Positions 1 to 8,905 of a stretch of DNA of 20,000 nucleotides are shown here, one piece after another. The stretch covers positions 51,346 through 71,345 of the forward strand of contig JAXLQJ010000038.1 of NCBI GenBank assembly GCA_046331705.1, read 5' to 3'. Position numbers and translations under genes: made by a program. The stretch comes from a bacterium (GTDB lineage Bacteria > JADJOY01). The notes under the pieces are model-generated. The model had not been told where the DNA came from. It saw only the letters and a list, made by a program, of their open reading frames with translations, and ran no database searches. How positions within the stretch are numbered: position 1 is the first letter of the stretch; each line of letters begins with the position of its first letter.

Positions 1-1
1 G

Positions 2-367
2 GGGAAATGCGTCGACGAGCGTCGCCCCGCGTTCTACGCCACCAAGCAGATGATGGGCCATCTGCGCGATTACCAGGGCATCCAGCGTCTTGCGTATCCC
101 GACCCCGAGGTGCGCGTGTATCAGATCCGCTCGCCAGGCGCGCCGCGCTGGGTCGCGTGGCTGGACCCGGGCCGACTGGTGCTCCCGGGAGACGAGATCC
201 CCCGCAAGTCGATCCGCCTCTCCGTGGGTGCCAGCCAGGTGAGCGTCGAGCCCGTGATCAACGCACGCGGGCAGACCACCGCCGAGCGCACCGGTTTCCC
301 GGCGCCCGATGGGCGCGTGGACGTCACCCTCACGCCTCGGCCGGTGTTCATCGTTCCCGCGGGCTGA
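2..367 (+). CDS. C-terminal fragment of a probable glycoside hydrolase (GH39/GH5-like, with C-terminal beta-sandwich); 5' end lies outside the window
   Basis: Frame is open from base 2: GKCVDERRPAFYATKQMMGHL...VTLTPRPVFIVPAG*. RPAFYATKQ resembles the KPAYYAY-type motif at the end of clan GH-A barrels, and LTPRPVFI is a typical terminal strand. Catalytic residues are not visible. Confidence 0.5.
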   Translation, partial: GKCVDERRPAFYATKQMMGHLRDYQGIQRLAYPDPEVRVYQIRSPGAPRWVAWLDPGRLVLPGDEIPRKSIRLSVGASQVSVEPVINARGQTTAERTGFPAPDGRVDVTLTPRPVFIVPAG

Positions 368-468
368 GCGCGCCGTCGGGCAGGGCGTCGTTTCGTCGGC
401 GTCGGGATTGAAGTAAAAGATCCAGCAACAGGGGCCGCTCCTGCCACGCGCCCGCAGCGAGGATCCGA

Positions 469-1878
469 ATGCCGACCACCTGGCGACCCCATCTGGATCG
501 TCCGTTCCGTCTCGACGATCTGCTCCTGTTCGCGGTGTTCCTGACCTTGCCGCTCGAGGGCATGGGCCTCTTGAAGCGCGCACACGCAGGCGCCGGCTTC
601 GCGGGCGGCCTGACGTTCGCCAAGATCTTCATTCTGCTGGCGCTTGCCGCCTGGGCGGTTCGGACCATCGTCTCCCAGGACCAGTATCTGCTGCGCGCGC
701 TCTTCGGCATCAAGACCACGCTGTTCCTGATGGGCTCGTTGCTGGTGGCTTTCTCCACGTTGGTTCAGACCAAGATTCGCCCGTATTTCAGCCAGTTCTT
801 CGTCCAGGCGGTCAGCTTGTTCCTGCTCTACCTGCTGATCGTCGGGGTCGTTCAGGCGCGCACGCGAGTCTTCCAGTGGGCGTTGGCGGCGTTGCTCATC
901 GGCACCATTCCGAGCTCGCTCGGCGGCGTCTACGAGGCGCTCACCGGCCACTTGATCATGAAGGGACGCGTGCAGACGCCGCTCGGACCCGAGGCGCTGA
1001 CGCAGCAGCGTGGGCTCTACAAGTCCGAGTCCGGCCGCTACCGGATCGCGAGCTTCTCCGGCGATTGCGGCATTCACGGGGTGCACTGGGCCGTCTACGG
1101 GCCGATGAGCATGGCGGTCCCGTTCCTGTTCCGGCGTCGCTGGCTCAAGGTCGCGGGTTGGGGCTTCGTGATGCTCACGGTCGTGAACTGCCTCGGGACG
1201 GGCACGCGAACGGGAATGGGGTCGCTGCTCTTCGGGGTCCTGGCGTTCTTCGCGCTCGCCAAGATTCCGCACAAGCCGCAGATCGCCGCGGCAGCGATCG
1301 TCGCCGCGCTCGTGCTCGGAATCATGATGGGGGCTCCGCTGGAACGGATCCTCGGCAAGGAGCACAAGGCCGAGACGTCGACCGCGTGGCGCTTCGCCAT
1401 GACCAAGATCGCCATCCAGATGATCGAGGATCATCCGATCCTCGGAGTCGGCGTGGGCAACTACGTCGGCCTCTACTACAAGTACTGCGAGAAGGTGCCC
1501 GAGGCGAACCGGACTCCCGTCATCATGCACAACGGCTATCTGGCCGTGTGGTCGGAGCAAGGCACGCTCGGCTTGATCTGCTTCCTCGGCTTCTTCGGCT
1601 CCGTCGCCCTCGATCTCTTCCGCACGGTGCGTAGACCTGCGAGCCGCTACATCCACTTCGCGGCCGCCGGGCTGCTCGGGGGGCTGGTGGCGCACTTGAT
1701 CACGCAGCTCGGTTATCCGCTGCTCGGTGACGAGCTGGGTTACTGGCTCATGGGCTTCGGTGTCACGATCACCGAGCTGAATCGTCGGTTGCATGGCGAA
1801 TATCCATTCCGCGGCATGGCCCAGGAATCCACGTGGTCGTCCGAGCCCGGCGCGCTCCCCGCTGCCGTGCCGGCGTGA
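469..1878 (+). CDS. O-antigen ligase / Wzy polymerase-like membrane protein (Wzy_C family)
   Basis: 469 aa with many hydrophobic segments. Motifs TGTRTG, R...W/F...HPILGVGVGNY and HNGYLAVWSEQGTLG are typical of the family. GAGGA RBS upstream. Confidence 0.85.
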   Translation: MPTTWRPHLDRPFRLDDLLLFAVFLTLPLEGMGLLKRAHAGAGFAGGLTFAKIFILLALAAWAVRTIVSQDQYLLRALFGIKTTLFLMGSLLVAFSTLVQTKIRPYFSQFFVQAVSLFLLYLLIVGVVQARTRVFQWALAALLIGTIPSSLGGVYEALTGHLIMKGRVQTPLGPEALTQQRGLYKSESGRYRIASFSGDCGIHGVHWAVYGPMSMAVPFLFRRRWLKVAGWGFVMLTVVNCLGTGTRTGMGSLLFGVLAFFALAKIPHKPQIAAAAIVAALVLGIMMGAPLERILGKEHKAETSTAWRFAMTKIAIQMIEDHPILGVGVGNYVGLYYKYCEKVPEANRTPVIMHNGYLAVWSEQGTLGLICFLGFFGSVALDLFRTVRRPASRYIHFAAAGLLGGLVAHLITQLGYPLLGDELGYWLMGFGVTITELNRRLHGEYPFRGMAQESTWSSEPGALPAAVPA

Positions 1879-1932
1879 CGACGGGGCCCGACGGCGGTTG
1901 GATCCCGCCGTTTTGCGCATCGATCCGGCGCC

Positions 1933-1959
1933 TGGCGAACGTGCTGCTCGTGCTATGGT
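1933..1959 (+). promoter_or_regulatory. Candidate promoter for the GT2-led operon
   Basis: TGcTATGGT (1951-1959) is extended -10-like. TGGCGAACGTGCTGCT (1933-1948) has GG-N10-GC sigma54-like spacing. Both matches are imperfect. Confidence 0.25.
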
Positions 1960-2114
1960 AGACGGATCACCTTGATGCGGCGCGCGCTCGGACGTGGTGC
2001 GCGGGTCTCGAGGCCGTTTCCCCGTTCGTGAGCCACGCGGGCGCGCGAGCGGGACGCGGGCTCACGGCTCGCCGAGCAAACCGGCAGGCAGCGGCGCCGC
2101 CACATGCGAGGCTC

Positions 2115-2960
2115 ATGAGTTCCGCGCCCAACGCCACGACCGCCGAGCCCGACGTCACGCTCGGCATCATCACCTGGAACGCCAAGGCGCTCATGCGCCA
2201 GCTCCTCGACTCGATTCGGGAGCAGGTCCACGGCGTCGCGTACGAGATCGTGGTGGTCGACAACGACTCGCACGACGGCACCAAGGAGATGATCAAGGCC
2301 GAGTACCCCGAGGTCCGCCTGTTCGAGAACGAGCGCAACGTCGGCGTGGGACCGGCGCGCAACCGGCTGTTGCGCGAGTCCCGAGGTCGCTACGTCCTCA
2401 GCCTGGACAACGACACCACCATGCTCGCCAACGACGCGGTGGGGATGCTGGTGCGCACGATGGACGCGCACCCGAACGCGGCGGTGAGTGGTCCCAAGCT
2501 GGTCTACAAGGACGGCAGCCTTCAGCTCTCGTGCCGGCCCTTTCCGCGTCCGCTCAACATCCTGCTCGAGGGTACCGGGCTGAGGCGCTGGTTCGGCACC
2601 ACCCGCTGGGTGCTCGATTACACGCTGGAGCGCTGGGATCACGCCACGTTGCGCGAGATCGACTGGATGTACGGCGCGGCGCTGATGATCCGTCGCTCGG
2701 CGTTGCCCAAGCTCGGGCTCTTCGACGAGGGCTTCTTCTATCTCTACGAGGACGTCGAGTTCTGCCTGCGCGCGAAGCGCCTCGGCTACCAGATCCTCTA
2801 CATCCCCGATGCCGTGATCTGCCACCACCTGGAGCGGGAAGGGCGCAGCGTCCTGTCGAAGACGCTTCAGGTCCACGTGCGCAGCATCTTGCGGTATCTG
2901 CGACGACTCTACTTCGGCTATCCGGATGGTTTCCCGGGTGTGGCGCGGGTCGCGGCATGA
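2115..2960 (+). CDS. Glycosyltransferase family 2 (WbbL/rhamnosyltransferase-like)
   Basis: EIVVVDNDSHDGT, NVGVGPARN, LDND (DxD), GAALMIRR, GLFDEGFFYLYEDVEFCLR. Start taken as ATG 2115 after GAGG; the ORF track starts at 2028. Confidence 0.92.
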   Translation: MSSAPNATTAEPDVTLGIITWNAKALMRQLLDSIREQVHGVAYEIVVVDNDSHDGTKEMIKAEYPEVRLFENERNVGVGPARNRLLRESRGRYVLSLDNDTTMLANDAVGMLVRTMDAHPNAAVSGPKLVYKDGSLQLSCRPFPRPLNILLEGTGLRRWFGTTRWVLDYTLERWDHATLREIDWMYGAALMIRRSALPKLGLFDEGFFYLYEDVEFCLRAKRLGYQILYIPDAVICHHLEREGRSVLSKTLQVHVRSILRYLRRLYFGYPDGFPGVARVAA

Positions 2961-3886
2961 GCACGGGCGAGAGTGCCACTCCGCATCCCACGGTCTGCTC
3001 GCTGTGCGGCGCGGACCAGCCGCGCTTGCGCTACCGGCTGGAGGGCTTCGACACCGTCGAATGCCCACGCTGCGGACTCGTGTGGATCGTCCTGCAGCTC
3101 TCGGAGGACGAGCTACGGCGCCTCTACGGCGCCGAGTACTTCGAGGAACGCGGCAGCTACTTCTTCGACAACGCGGTTGCCGCGCCCGGCAGCGGCGACG
3201 AGACGGAAGTCATCCGCGATTTCCGTCGCGGGGTCGATCGCATCGAGCGCTTTCGCAAGGGCGGACGGCTTCTCGACGTCGGCTGCGGCGTCGGTGTGTT
3301 CCTGGGGGTGGCGAAGGGGCGCGGCTGGGACGTCACCGGTGTCGACGTTTCCGAGTTCGCGTCGCGCTATGCCCGCGAGAAGCTCGGATTCGACGCCCGC
3401 ACGGGCAAGCTCCACGAGATCGGTTTCCCGGACAAGAGCTTCGACGTCATCACGCTCTGGGACGTGTTCGAGCACTTCCCCGATCCCGCTCGCCAGCTCG
3501 CGGAGGTTCGGCGGCTGCTCAAGGACGACGGCATCATCCTGCTCGACACGCCGAACGAGCGCGGCTTGCTGCGCGAGATCGCACGGTGGGCGTACAAGCT
3601 CTCGGGCGGAGCCGTTCAGTACCCCGCACGCAAGCTTCACCACGTCTACCACCTCTTCTACTACTCGCCCGAGACGCTGACCCGCATGCTCGCGAACGCC
3701 GGCTTCGAGATCGTCGACTTCGAGAAGAAGGTCATCCCACCGCTCAAGGCCCGCGGTTCGGCGGTCGAGAAGGCGATGGTGGGCGCGTTCGGCCGCGTCG
3801 AGCGCTGGCTCGGGCGTGAGTTCGAGCTCTTGGTGATCGCGCGAAAGAGCGGTCCGTCGAGCGCGGAGCAGGGAGCTGCATCGTGA
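2957..3886 (+). CDS. Class I SAM-dependent methyltransferase with N-terminal Zn-ribbon
   Basis: ATGA overlap with the GT2 stop. CSLC...CPRC pair, LLDVGCGVG SAM-binding motif, FDVITLWDVFEHFPDP, HLFYYS. Confidence 0.9.
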   Translation: MSTGESATPHPTVCSLCGADQPRLRYRLEGFDTVECPRCGLVWIVLQLSEDELRRLYGAEYFEERGSYFFDNAVAAPGSGDETEVIRDFRRGVDRIERFRKGGRLLDVGCGVGVFLGVAKGRGWDVTGVDVSEFASRYAREKLGFDARTGKLHEIGFPDKSFDVITLWDVFEHFPDPARQLAEVRRLLKDDGIILLDTPNERGLLREIARWAYKLSGGAVQYPARKLHHVYHLFYYSPETLTRMLANAGFEIVDFEKKVIPPLKARGSAVEKAMVGAFGRVERWLGREFELLVIARKSGPSSAEQGAAS

Positions 3887-5325
3887 GACCACTGGAGCGC
3901 GCGCTCATCCTCGGCGGCGGCATCGGCGGCCTACGGGTCGCGAACTTGCTGGCGGAAAAGGGCGTCGCCGTCACGATCCTCGAGCGGCTCGACGAGACCG
4001 GCGGGCTGTCGCGTTCGTTCGAGCGGGGTGGCTTTTCCCTCGACATCGGGCCGCACGCGTACTACGCGGGCCAGGCCGCGATGTATCGCGACTGGATCGG
4101 GGCCGAGAACCTGCTCGACGTGCGAGGGATCTACGGCGTGGGCTACAAGCGCCGGCAGATCACCACGCCCATCAACCCCACCAATCTCATCAAGAACCTG
4201 CCCATCGGCGACTCGGCGCAGCTCGTGCTGGACATGGCGCTGCGCAAGACGCTGAAGCGCGGCCAGGCGGCGCCCGAGCACTTCGAGAACGTCGACCGGG
4301 TCATCACCCATCGCTTCGGCGAGAAGGTCACCCAGTTCTTCTTTCGCGACTACATCCCGAAGGTGACGGGCCTGCCGGCCCGCGAGGTCCACGAGGATTG
4401 GTTCCTGGAGCGGGATCGCTTCTACAAGGAGCACAACCTCTGGGCGAACTTGATCAAGACGCTGCTGCGCATCGTGAAGCCGGTGGCCACCGACGGTGCG
4501 GCCGGACAGCACGGCACGCTGCAGTTCCTGTATCCCCGAGACGGCGCCGGCCAGATCATTCGCGGCCTCACCGATCGGGTGCGCTCGCAGGGGGTCGCGA
4601 TCAAGCTGGGCTACACCGTCACGGCCGTGGAGCCGCACGGTGACGGTCCCGTCACGGTGCGCGCGCGCAACGCGTCCGGTGCCGAGGAGACGTTCGAGGC
4701 CGACGCGGTCGCGAGCACGATCCCCGTGACCGCGTTGGCGGCGGGCCTGCGCCCTGCGGACCCCGGCTTGGTCGAGGCGACCAGCAAGCTGCGCTACAGC
4801 GCGCTCCGGATGTTCTACTTCATCCTCGATCGGCCGCGGCTCTCGGACAAGATCCAGATCTACTTCCCCGAGAAGAAGTACCTGTTCAAGCGCATCTACG
4901 AGACCCGCAACCTGAATCCCGAGATGGGCTCGGCCGGACGCACGGCGATCGCCGTGGAGGTCTGCATCAATCCCGGTGACGCCAACGACCAGCTTCCCGC
5001 GGAGGCCATCCAGGAGCGTCTGGTCGGCGAGCTCGGCGACTTCTACGGCGTGGGGCGCGGCGAGGTCGTCGACTGGTTCACCGAGCGAGTGACCGAGTGC
5101 TACTCGGTCTACGCCAACGACTATCGCCGCAATCTCGATCCCTTCGTGCAGAAGCTCTTCGCCGAGGATCGGGTCGTGGCGTTCGGCAGGACCGGCGCCT
5201 TCCGGTACAACTTCCTGAGCGATCGCGTGCTCGCCGCGTCGGCGAAGGTCGCCGAATACCTGCTTTCGGGCCGAGCCAAGCAAGACGTCCTCGGCCAGCC
5301 CGATCCCAAGAATCCGTTTCTCTGA
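3883..5325 (+). CDS. FAD-dependent oxidoreductase (protoporphyrinogen oxidase / UDP-galactopyranose mutase-like)
   Basis: GTGA overlap with the previous gene. N-terminal ILGGGIGGL...E...GGLSRS...DIGPH dinucleotide-binding fold, FLYPRDGAG, C-terminal GRTGAFRY. Confidence 0.85.
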   Translation: MRPLERALILGGGIGGLRVANLLAEKGVAVTILERLDETGGLSRSFERGGFSLDIGPHAYYAGQAAMYRDWIGAENLLDVRGIYGVGYKRRQITTPINPTNLIKNLPIGDSAQLVLDMALRKTLKRGQAAPEHFENVDRVITHRFGEKVTQFFFRDYIPKVTGLPAREVHEDWFLERDRFYKEHNLWANLIKTLLRIVKPVATDGAAGQHGTLQFLYPRDGAGQIIRGLTDRVRSQGVAIKLGYTVTAVEPHGDGPVTVRARNASGAEETFEADAVASTIPVTALAAGLRPADPGLVEATSKLRYSALRMFYFILDRPRLSDKIQIYFPEKKYLFKRIYETRNLNPEMGSAGRTAIAVEVCINPGDANDQLPAEAIQERLVGELGDFYGVGRGEVVDWFTERVTECYSVYANDYRRNLDPFVQKLFAEDRVVAFGRTGAFRYNFLSDRVLAASAKVAEYLLSGRAKQDVLGQPDPKNPFL

Positions 5326-5354
5326 GCGCGCATCGAGGAGAGAGGTCCGATCCC

Positions 5355-6176
5355 GTGAGCACCCCCCAGGCACAAGAGGCCGACGTCGGCGGCCGCAAGA
5401 AGCAAGAGATCTACGCATCGGAAGCCGCGTTCTTCGACGCCATCGCGGAGGGCGAGGTCGAGGCTCGCTACGGTGGCGAGCTCAAGATCCGCCCCGAGGA
5501 GCACCTCGCCACGTTGCAGCTCTACGGGCTGACCGGCGATCTGACCGGCAAGCGCGTCGTGGACTGCGCCTGCGGCACGGGCTTCTTCTCGTCGTTGCTC
5601 GCGATGCGCGGCGCCGAGGTCTGGAGCTTCGATCTCTCGCCGCGTTGCGTGGAGGTCACCCAGGAGCGCGCTCGCGCCAACGGAGTGAGCGATCGCGTCC
5701 ACGCCAGCGTCCAGCCCTTCGAGCACCTCGACTACGAGCCCGCCTCGTACGACTACATCGTCGGCAAGAACATCCTCCACCACATCCCCAAGATCGAGGA
5801 AGCCGGCGAGGTGATGTACCGACTGCTCAAGCCCGGCGGGAAGGCACTCTTCTACGACCTGCAGGCCACCAACCCGATCCTGATGTTCTTCCGCAAGTAC
5901 ATCATCGGGAAGATCTCGTTCATCCCGAAGCGTGGCACTCCCGACGAGCATCCGCTCACCGCGGACGAGGTCGAAGCGCTCTCCAAGGTCTTCCAGGGGC
6001 GTATCCGCGTCTCGTACCCCAAGTTCCGATTCTTCGGGAAGTTCGACCGTCAGATCTTCGCTCGCCGCGTGAAGCTCGTGAGCATGATCTGCGACGGTCT
6101 CGATCGGTTCATCTACGATCATTTCCCGTCGCTTCGGAAGTACAGCTACAAGATCTTCGTCGAGCTCACGCGCTGA
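5355..6176 (+). CDS. Class I SAM-dependent methyltransferase
   Basis: VVDCACGTG motif I, DLSP, ILHHIP...LLKPGG, TPDEHPL. GTG 5355 follows a GAGGAGAGAGG RBS. Confidence 0.88.
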   Translation: MSTPQAQEADVGGRKKQEIYASEAAFFDAIAEGEVEARYGGELKIRPEEHLATLQLYGLTGDLTGKRVVDCACGTGFFSSLLAMRGAEVWSFDLSPRCVEVTQERARANGVSDRVHASVQPFEHLDYEPASYDYIVGKNILHHIPKIEEAGEVMYRLLKPGGKALFYDLQATNPILMFFRKYIIGKISFIPKRGTPDEHPLTADEVEALSKVFQGRIRVSYPKFRFFGKFDRQIFARRVKLVSMICDGLDRFIYDHFPSLRKYSYKIFVELTR

Positions 6177-6288
6177 GCCGACGCTCGGCCGAGACGAGCG
6201 GACGCGCGCCCGCCCGCGGCTCGGCCGTGCCGGCAGAGCGTTGCTCGCTCGCGAGGATCGAGGATCGTTCCGGACCAGGAGTGGACGC

Positions 6289-7488
6289 GTGACCGGCAGC
6301 CGCGCAGCTCAGCCGCGTGTGTACCAGGTGCTGGTGGGATTGGCGCTGCGCGGCGCCGAGGTCCACGCGATCCGGCTCGCCACGCGACTGAGCGAATGCG
6401 GCGTGGCGGGCGGGCTGATCTTCAACTACGACCACGAGCCCGCCGCCGATGCTCGCGCGCGCGGGCTCGAGGTGCACGTCGTACCCAAGCATCGACGCGG
6501 TGATCCGACGGTGATCCCGCGCCTCGCGGCGACCATTCGCCGGCTACGGGCGGACCTCGTCCACACCCACCTGGTCAACGGGAATTTCTTCGGACGCCTG
6601 GCGTCGCTCTTCGTTCCGGGCTTGTCCGTGATCTCGACGGTGCACAACTACGGCGATGCGCTGGTGGCGGTGCGCAACGAGCGTGAGCGGCGCTTCATCT
6701 ATCAGCAAGACATCTGGACCAGCGTCTTGGCCGATCGCGTCATCGCCGTCACCGAGAGCCTGCGCGATCGCTTGGTGGCCGACGGCATGCCCCCCGCGCG
6801 CGTGGTCGCGATCCTGAATGGCGTCGACACGGAGCGCTTCGACCCCGCGCGCGTGAGGCGGGGCGCGTTTCGCGCCGAGCTCGGGATCGCCCCGCAGACG
6901 TGTCTGCTGGCGTCGGCGGGTCGCCTGGTGCCTCCCAAGGGCTTCGACCGCTTCCTCGAGGTGGTTGCGGGCCTGCGCCAGCGCGGCGTCGACGCCGCGG
7001 CGCTGATCCTCGGCGACGGGCCGGAGCGCGAGCGGCTGCTCGCCCAGGCGCAGAGCCTCGGCCTCGGGGCTCGCGTGTTCCTGCCTGGCTATCGGGACGA
7101 TCTCGAGCAGGTCTACGCGGACATCGACGGCTTCGTGCTGTGCTCCGAGACCGAGACCACCTCGCTCGTCACGCTGGAAGCGATGGCGATGGAGAAGCCC
7201 GTGGCGGTGTGGGCGGTCGGTAGCTTGCCGGAGGTGCTCGTCGGCGAGAGCGCGGGATTCCTGGTGCCGCACGGGAACGTCGGCGGGCTCGTCGATGCGG
7301 TGGCGCGCTTCGCCGCCGATCCGGCGCGCGCCGCGGACATGGGGAGGGCGGGGCGCGGAATCGTCGAGGCGCGGTTTTCCGAGCGCGCCCAGATCGCCGC
7401 GACCGTCGCGGTGTACCGCGACGCGCTCGCGCGCCGCGGTAAGCGCTTCGCATGCTTCGAGACCGTCGCGTCGCCCACGGGCGGCTGA
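6289..7488 (+). CDS. Glycosyltransferase family 4 (GT-B)
   Basis: DLVHTH, STVHN, NGVD, AGRLVPPKGF, GDGPER and E-x7-E (ETTSLVTLEAMA). AGGAG RBS before GTG 6289. Confidence 0.92.
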   Translation: MTGSRAAQPRVYQVLVGLALRGAEVHAIRLATRLSECGVAGGLIFNYDHEPAADARARGLEVHVVPKHRRGDPTVIPRLAATIRRLRADLVHTHLVNGNFFGRLASLFVPGLSVISTVHNYGDALVAVRNERERRFIYQQDIWTSVLADRVIAVTESLRDRLVADGMPPARVVAILNGVDTERFDPARVRRGAFRAELGIAPQTCLLASAGRLVPPKGFDRFLEVVAGLRQRGVDAAALILGDGPERERLLAQAQSLGLGARVFLPGYRDDLEQVYADIDGFVLCSETETTSLVTLEAMAMEKPVAVWAVGSLPEVLVGESAGFLVPHGNVGGLVDAVARFAADPARAADMGRAGRGIVEARFSERAQIAATVAVYRDALARRGKRFACFETVASPTGG

Positions 7489-7538
7489 CGCGGGGTTCCA
7501 GAGATCGGCTCGAGGTTCATGGGCAGGGAGCGTGCGCG

Positions 7539-8714
7539 ATGAAGGTGGTGATGGTGAACTCGGTCTCGTTCCTGCCGACGCAGGGCCGCTATCGCTGGGT
7601 GTACGCCCAGGCGAAGAGCCTGGTCGACGCGGGGCACGAGGTGCATCTGCTCGCGTGGGATCGCACGCTGGAAGCGCCCGCGCGCGAGCGGATCGACGGC
7701 ATCGAGGTGGAGCGCATCCGCGTCAAGGCCGGCTTCGGCAGGCTGTCGCCGATTCGCACCGCGTTCCGCCTGTTGTGGTTCCACCTGCGCCTGCTGGCGC
7801 GGCTCCTCGCGATCGATGCCGACGTGCTGCACACGTTCAACCCCGACGTCATCCCGCCGGTGGCGCTGGTGGCGTGGCTCAGACGCAGGCCCCACGTGAT
7901 GGCGCTGATCGAGCCGCACTACTACTACAACTGGCCGGATCGCGTTCGCCCGCTCATCAAGCTGCTCGACGCGGCGGAACGGCACTTCGCGCTGCGCGCC
8001 AGCGCGGTGGTGGTCCACAACCTCTACCAGGTGAACAAGTTCACGCAGATGGGCGTGCGTCGCGTGGTCCACTTGGCACAGGTGCCGGATCGCGCGCTCG
8101 CCGACGAGGAGCTGCCGGACCGCTCGCGGCGCGAAGGACCGGTGGTGTTCGGTCGTATCGGCACGGTCTTCGGCGGCATCAACGGCATCGAGGAGCTGAT
8201 CCCCGCGTTCAAGATGGTGCTCGACGAGGGTCACGCGGCGAAGCTGCTCATCGCCGGGCGCGTGTCGCCCGAGTTCGAGGCTCAGTTCGCCAAGCTGGTG
8301 GCACCGCTCGGCGACGCGGTGGAGGTCACCGGCGCGTTCCATCCCAACGACATCGCCAAGCAGTACGAGCGCATCGACGTCTCGATCCAGCTCACACCGC
8401 GCACGATCTTCTACCGCTACATCACGCCCACCAAGTTCACCGACTCGCTCGCCCACGGCGTGCCCGTGATCTCGTCCGCCATCGGCGACGTGCCGTATCT
8501 GGCGGAGAAGACGGGCGCCGCGATCCTGGTCGACGAGACGGACCCCGCCAGCATCCGCGACGGCATCACCCGGTTGATCGAGGACCGCGCGCTGCGCCTG
8601 CGGATGGGGCAGGCGGGCCTCGACCTGGTCCGAAGCGAGTACTGCTGGGACCGGATGCAGGTGCGATTGCTCGATCTCTACCGCTCGCTCGAGCCGGCCC
8701 GCGCGCGGGGCTGA
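7539..8714 (+). CDS. Glycosyltransferase family 4 (GT-B)
   Basis: LVDAGHEVHLLAWDR, ERIDGIEVERI, PTKFTDSLAHGVPVISS, EYCWD. GGGAG RBS before ATG 7539. Confidence 0.85.
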   Translation: MKVVMVNSVSFLPTQGRYRWVYAQAKSLVDAGHEVHLLAWDRTLEAPARERIDGIEVERIRVKAGFGRLSPIRTAFRLLWFHLRLLARLLAIDADVLHTFNPDVIPPVALVAWLRRRPHVMALIEPHYYYNWPDRVRPLIKLLDAAERHFALRASAVVVHNLYQVNKFTQMGVRRVVHLAQVPDRALADEELPDRSRREGPVVFGRIGTVFGGINGIEELIPAFKMVLDEGHAAKLLIAGRVSPEFEAQFAKLVAPLGDAVEVTGAFHPNDIAKQYERIDVSIQLTPRTIFYRYITPTKFTDSLAHGVPVISSAIGDVPYLAEKTGAAILVDETDPASIRDGITRLIEDRALRLRMGQAGLDLVRSEYCWDRMQVRLLDLYRSLEPARARG

Positions 8715-8905
8715 GCTGCGGCGGCCAGCGGGGTTAGGCGCGGCTCCCGCGCGCTCGCGCGGAGTCGTTGGTTGGACGTTGCTCGCGACGCTGTGCGAGA
8801 CTCACGGATGATCCATCGCTTCCCCGCGGCGTGCTCGTCCAAGCGACGAGCCGGGGGTGCCGTGGGAACCCGCCGTGGTCGGCGGCACGGGTGCCGGAGG
8901 ACGAA

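Noticed and set aside
121-1920. 599-aa minus-strand ORF, and similar long antisense ORFs (3931-5418, 7113-8456, 8678-10009, 16258-18336, 18240-19961)
   Set aside because: Shadow ORFs opposite well-supported genes. They are expected in high-GC DNA and have no recognisable motifs.
1994-2956. Apparent 321-aa N-terminal extension of the methyltransferase ORF (630 aa), suggesting a fusion or frameshift
   Set aside because: Arg/Gly-rich alternate-frame read of the GT2 gene. The real start is the ATGA-coupled ATG at 2957.
8715-8905. Possible RiPP precursor peptide for the radical SAM/SPASM enzyme
   Set aside because: No short ORF with an RBS and precursor-like composition, and no RRE, peptidase or peptide transporter nearby. 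The context is glycan synthesis.
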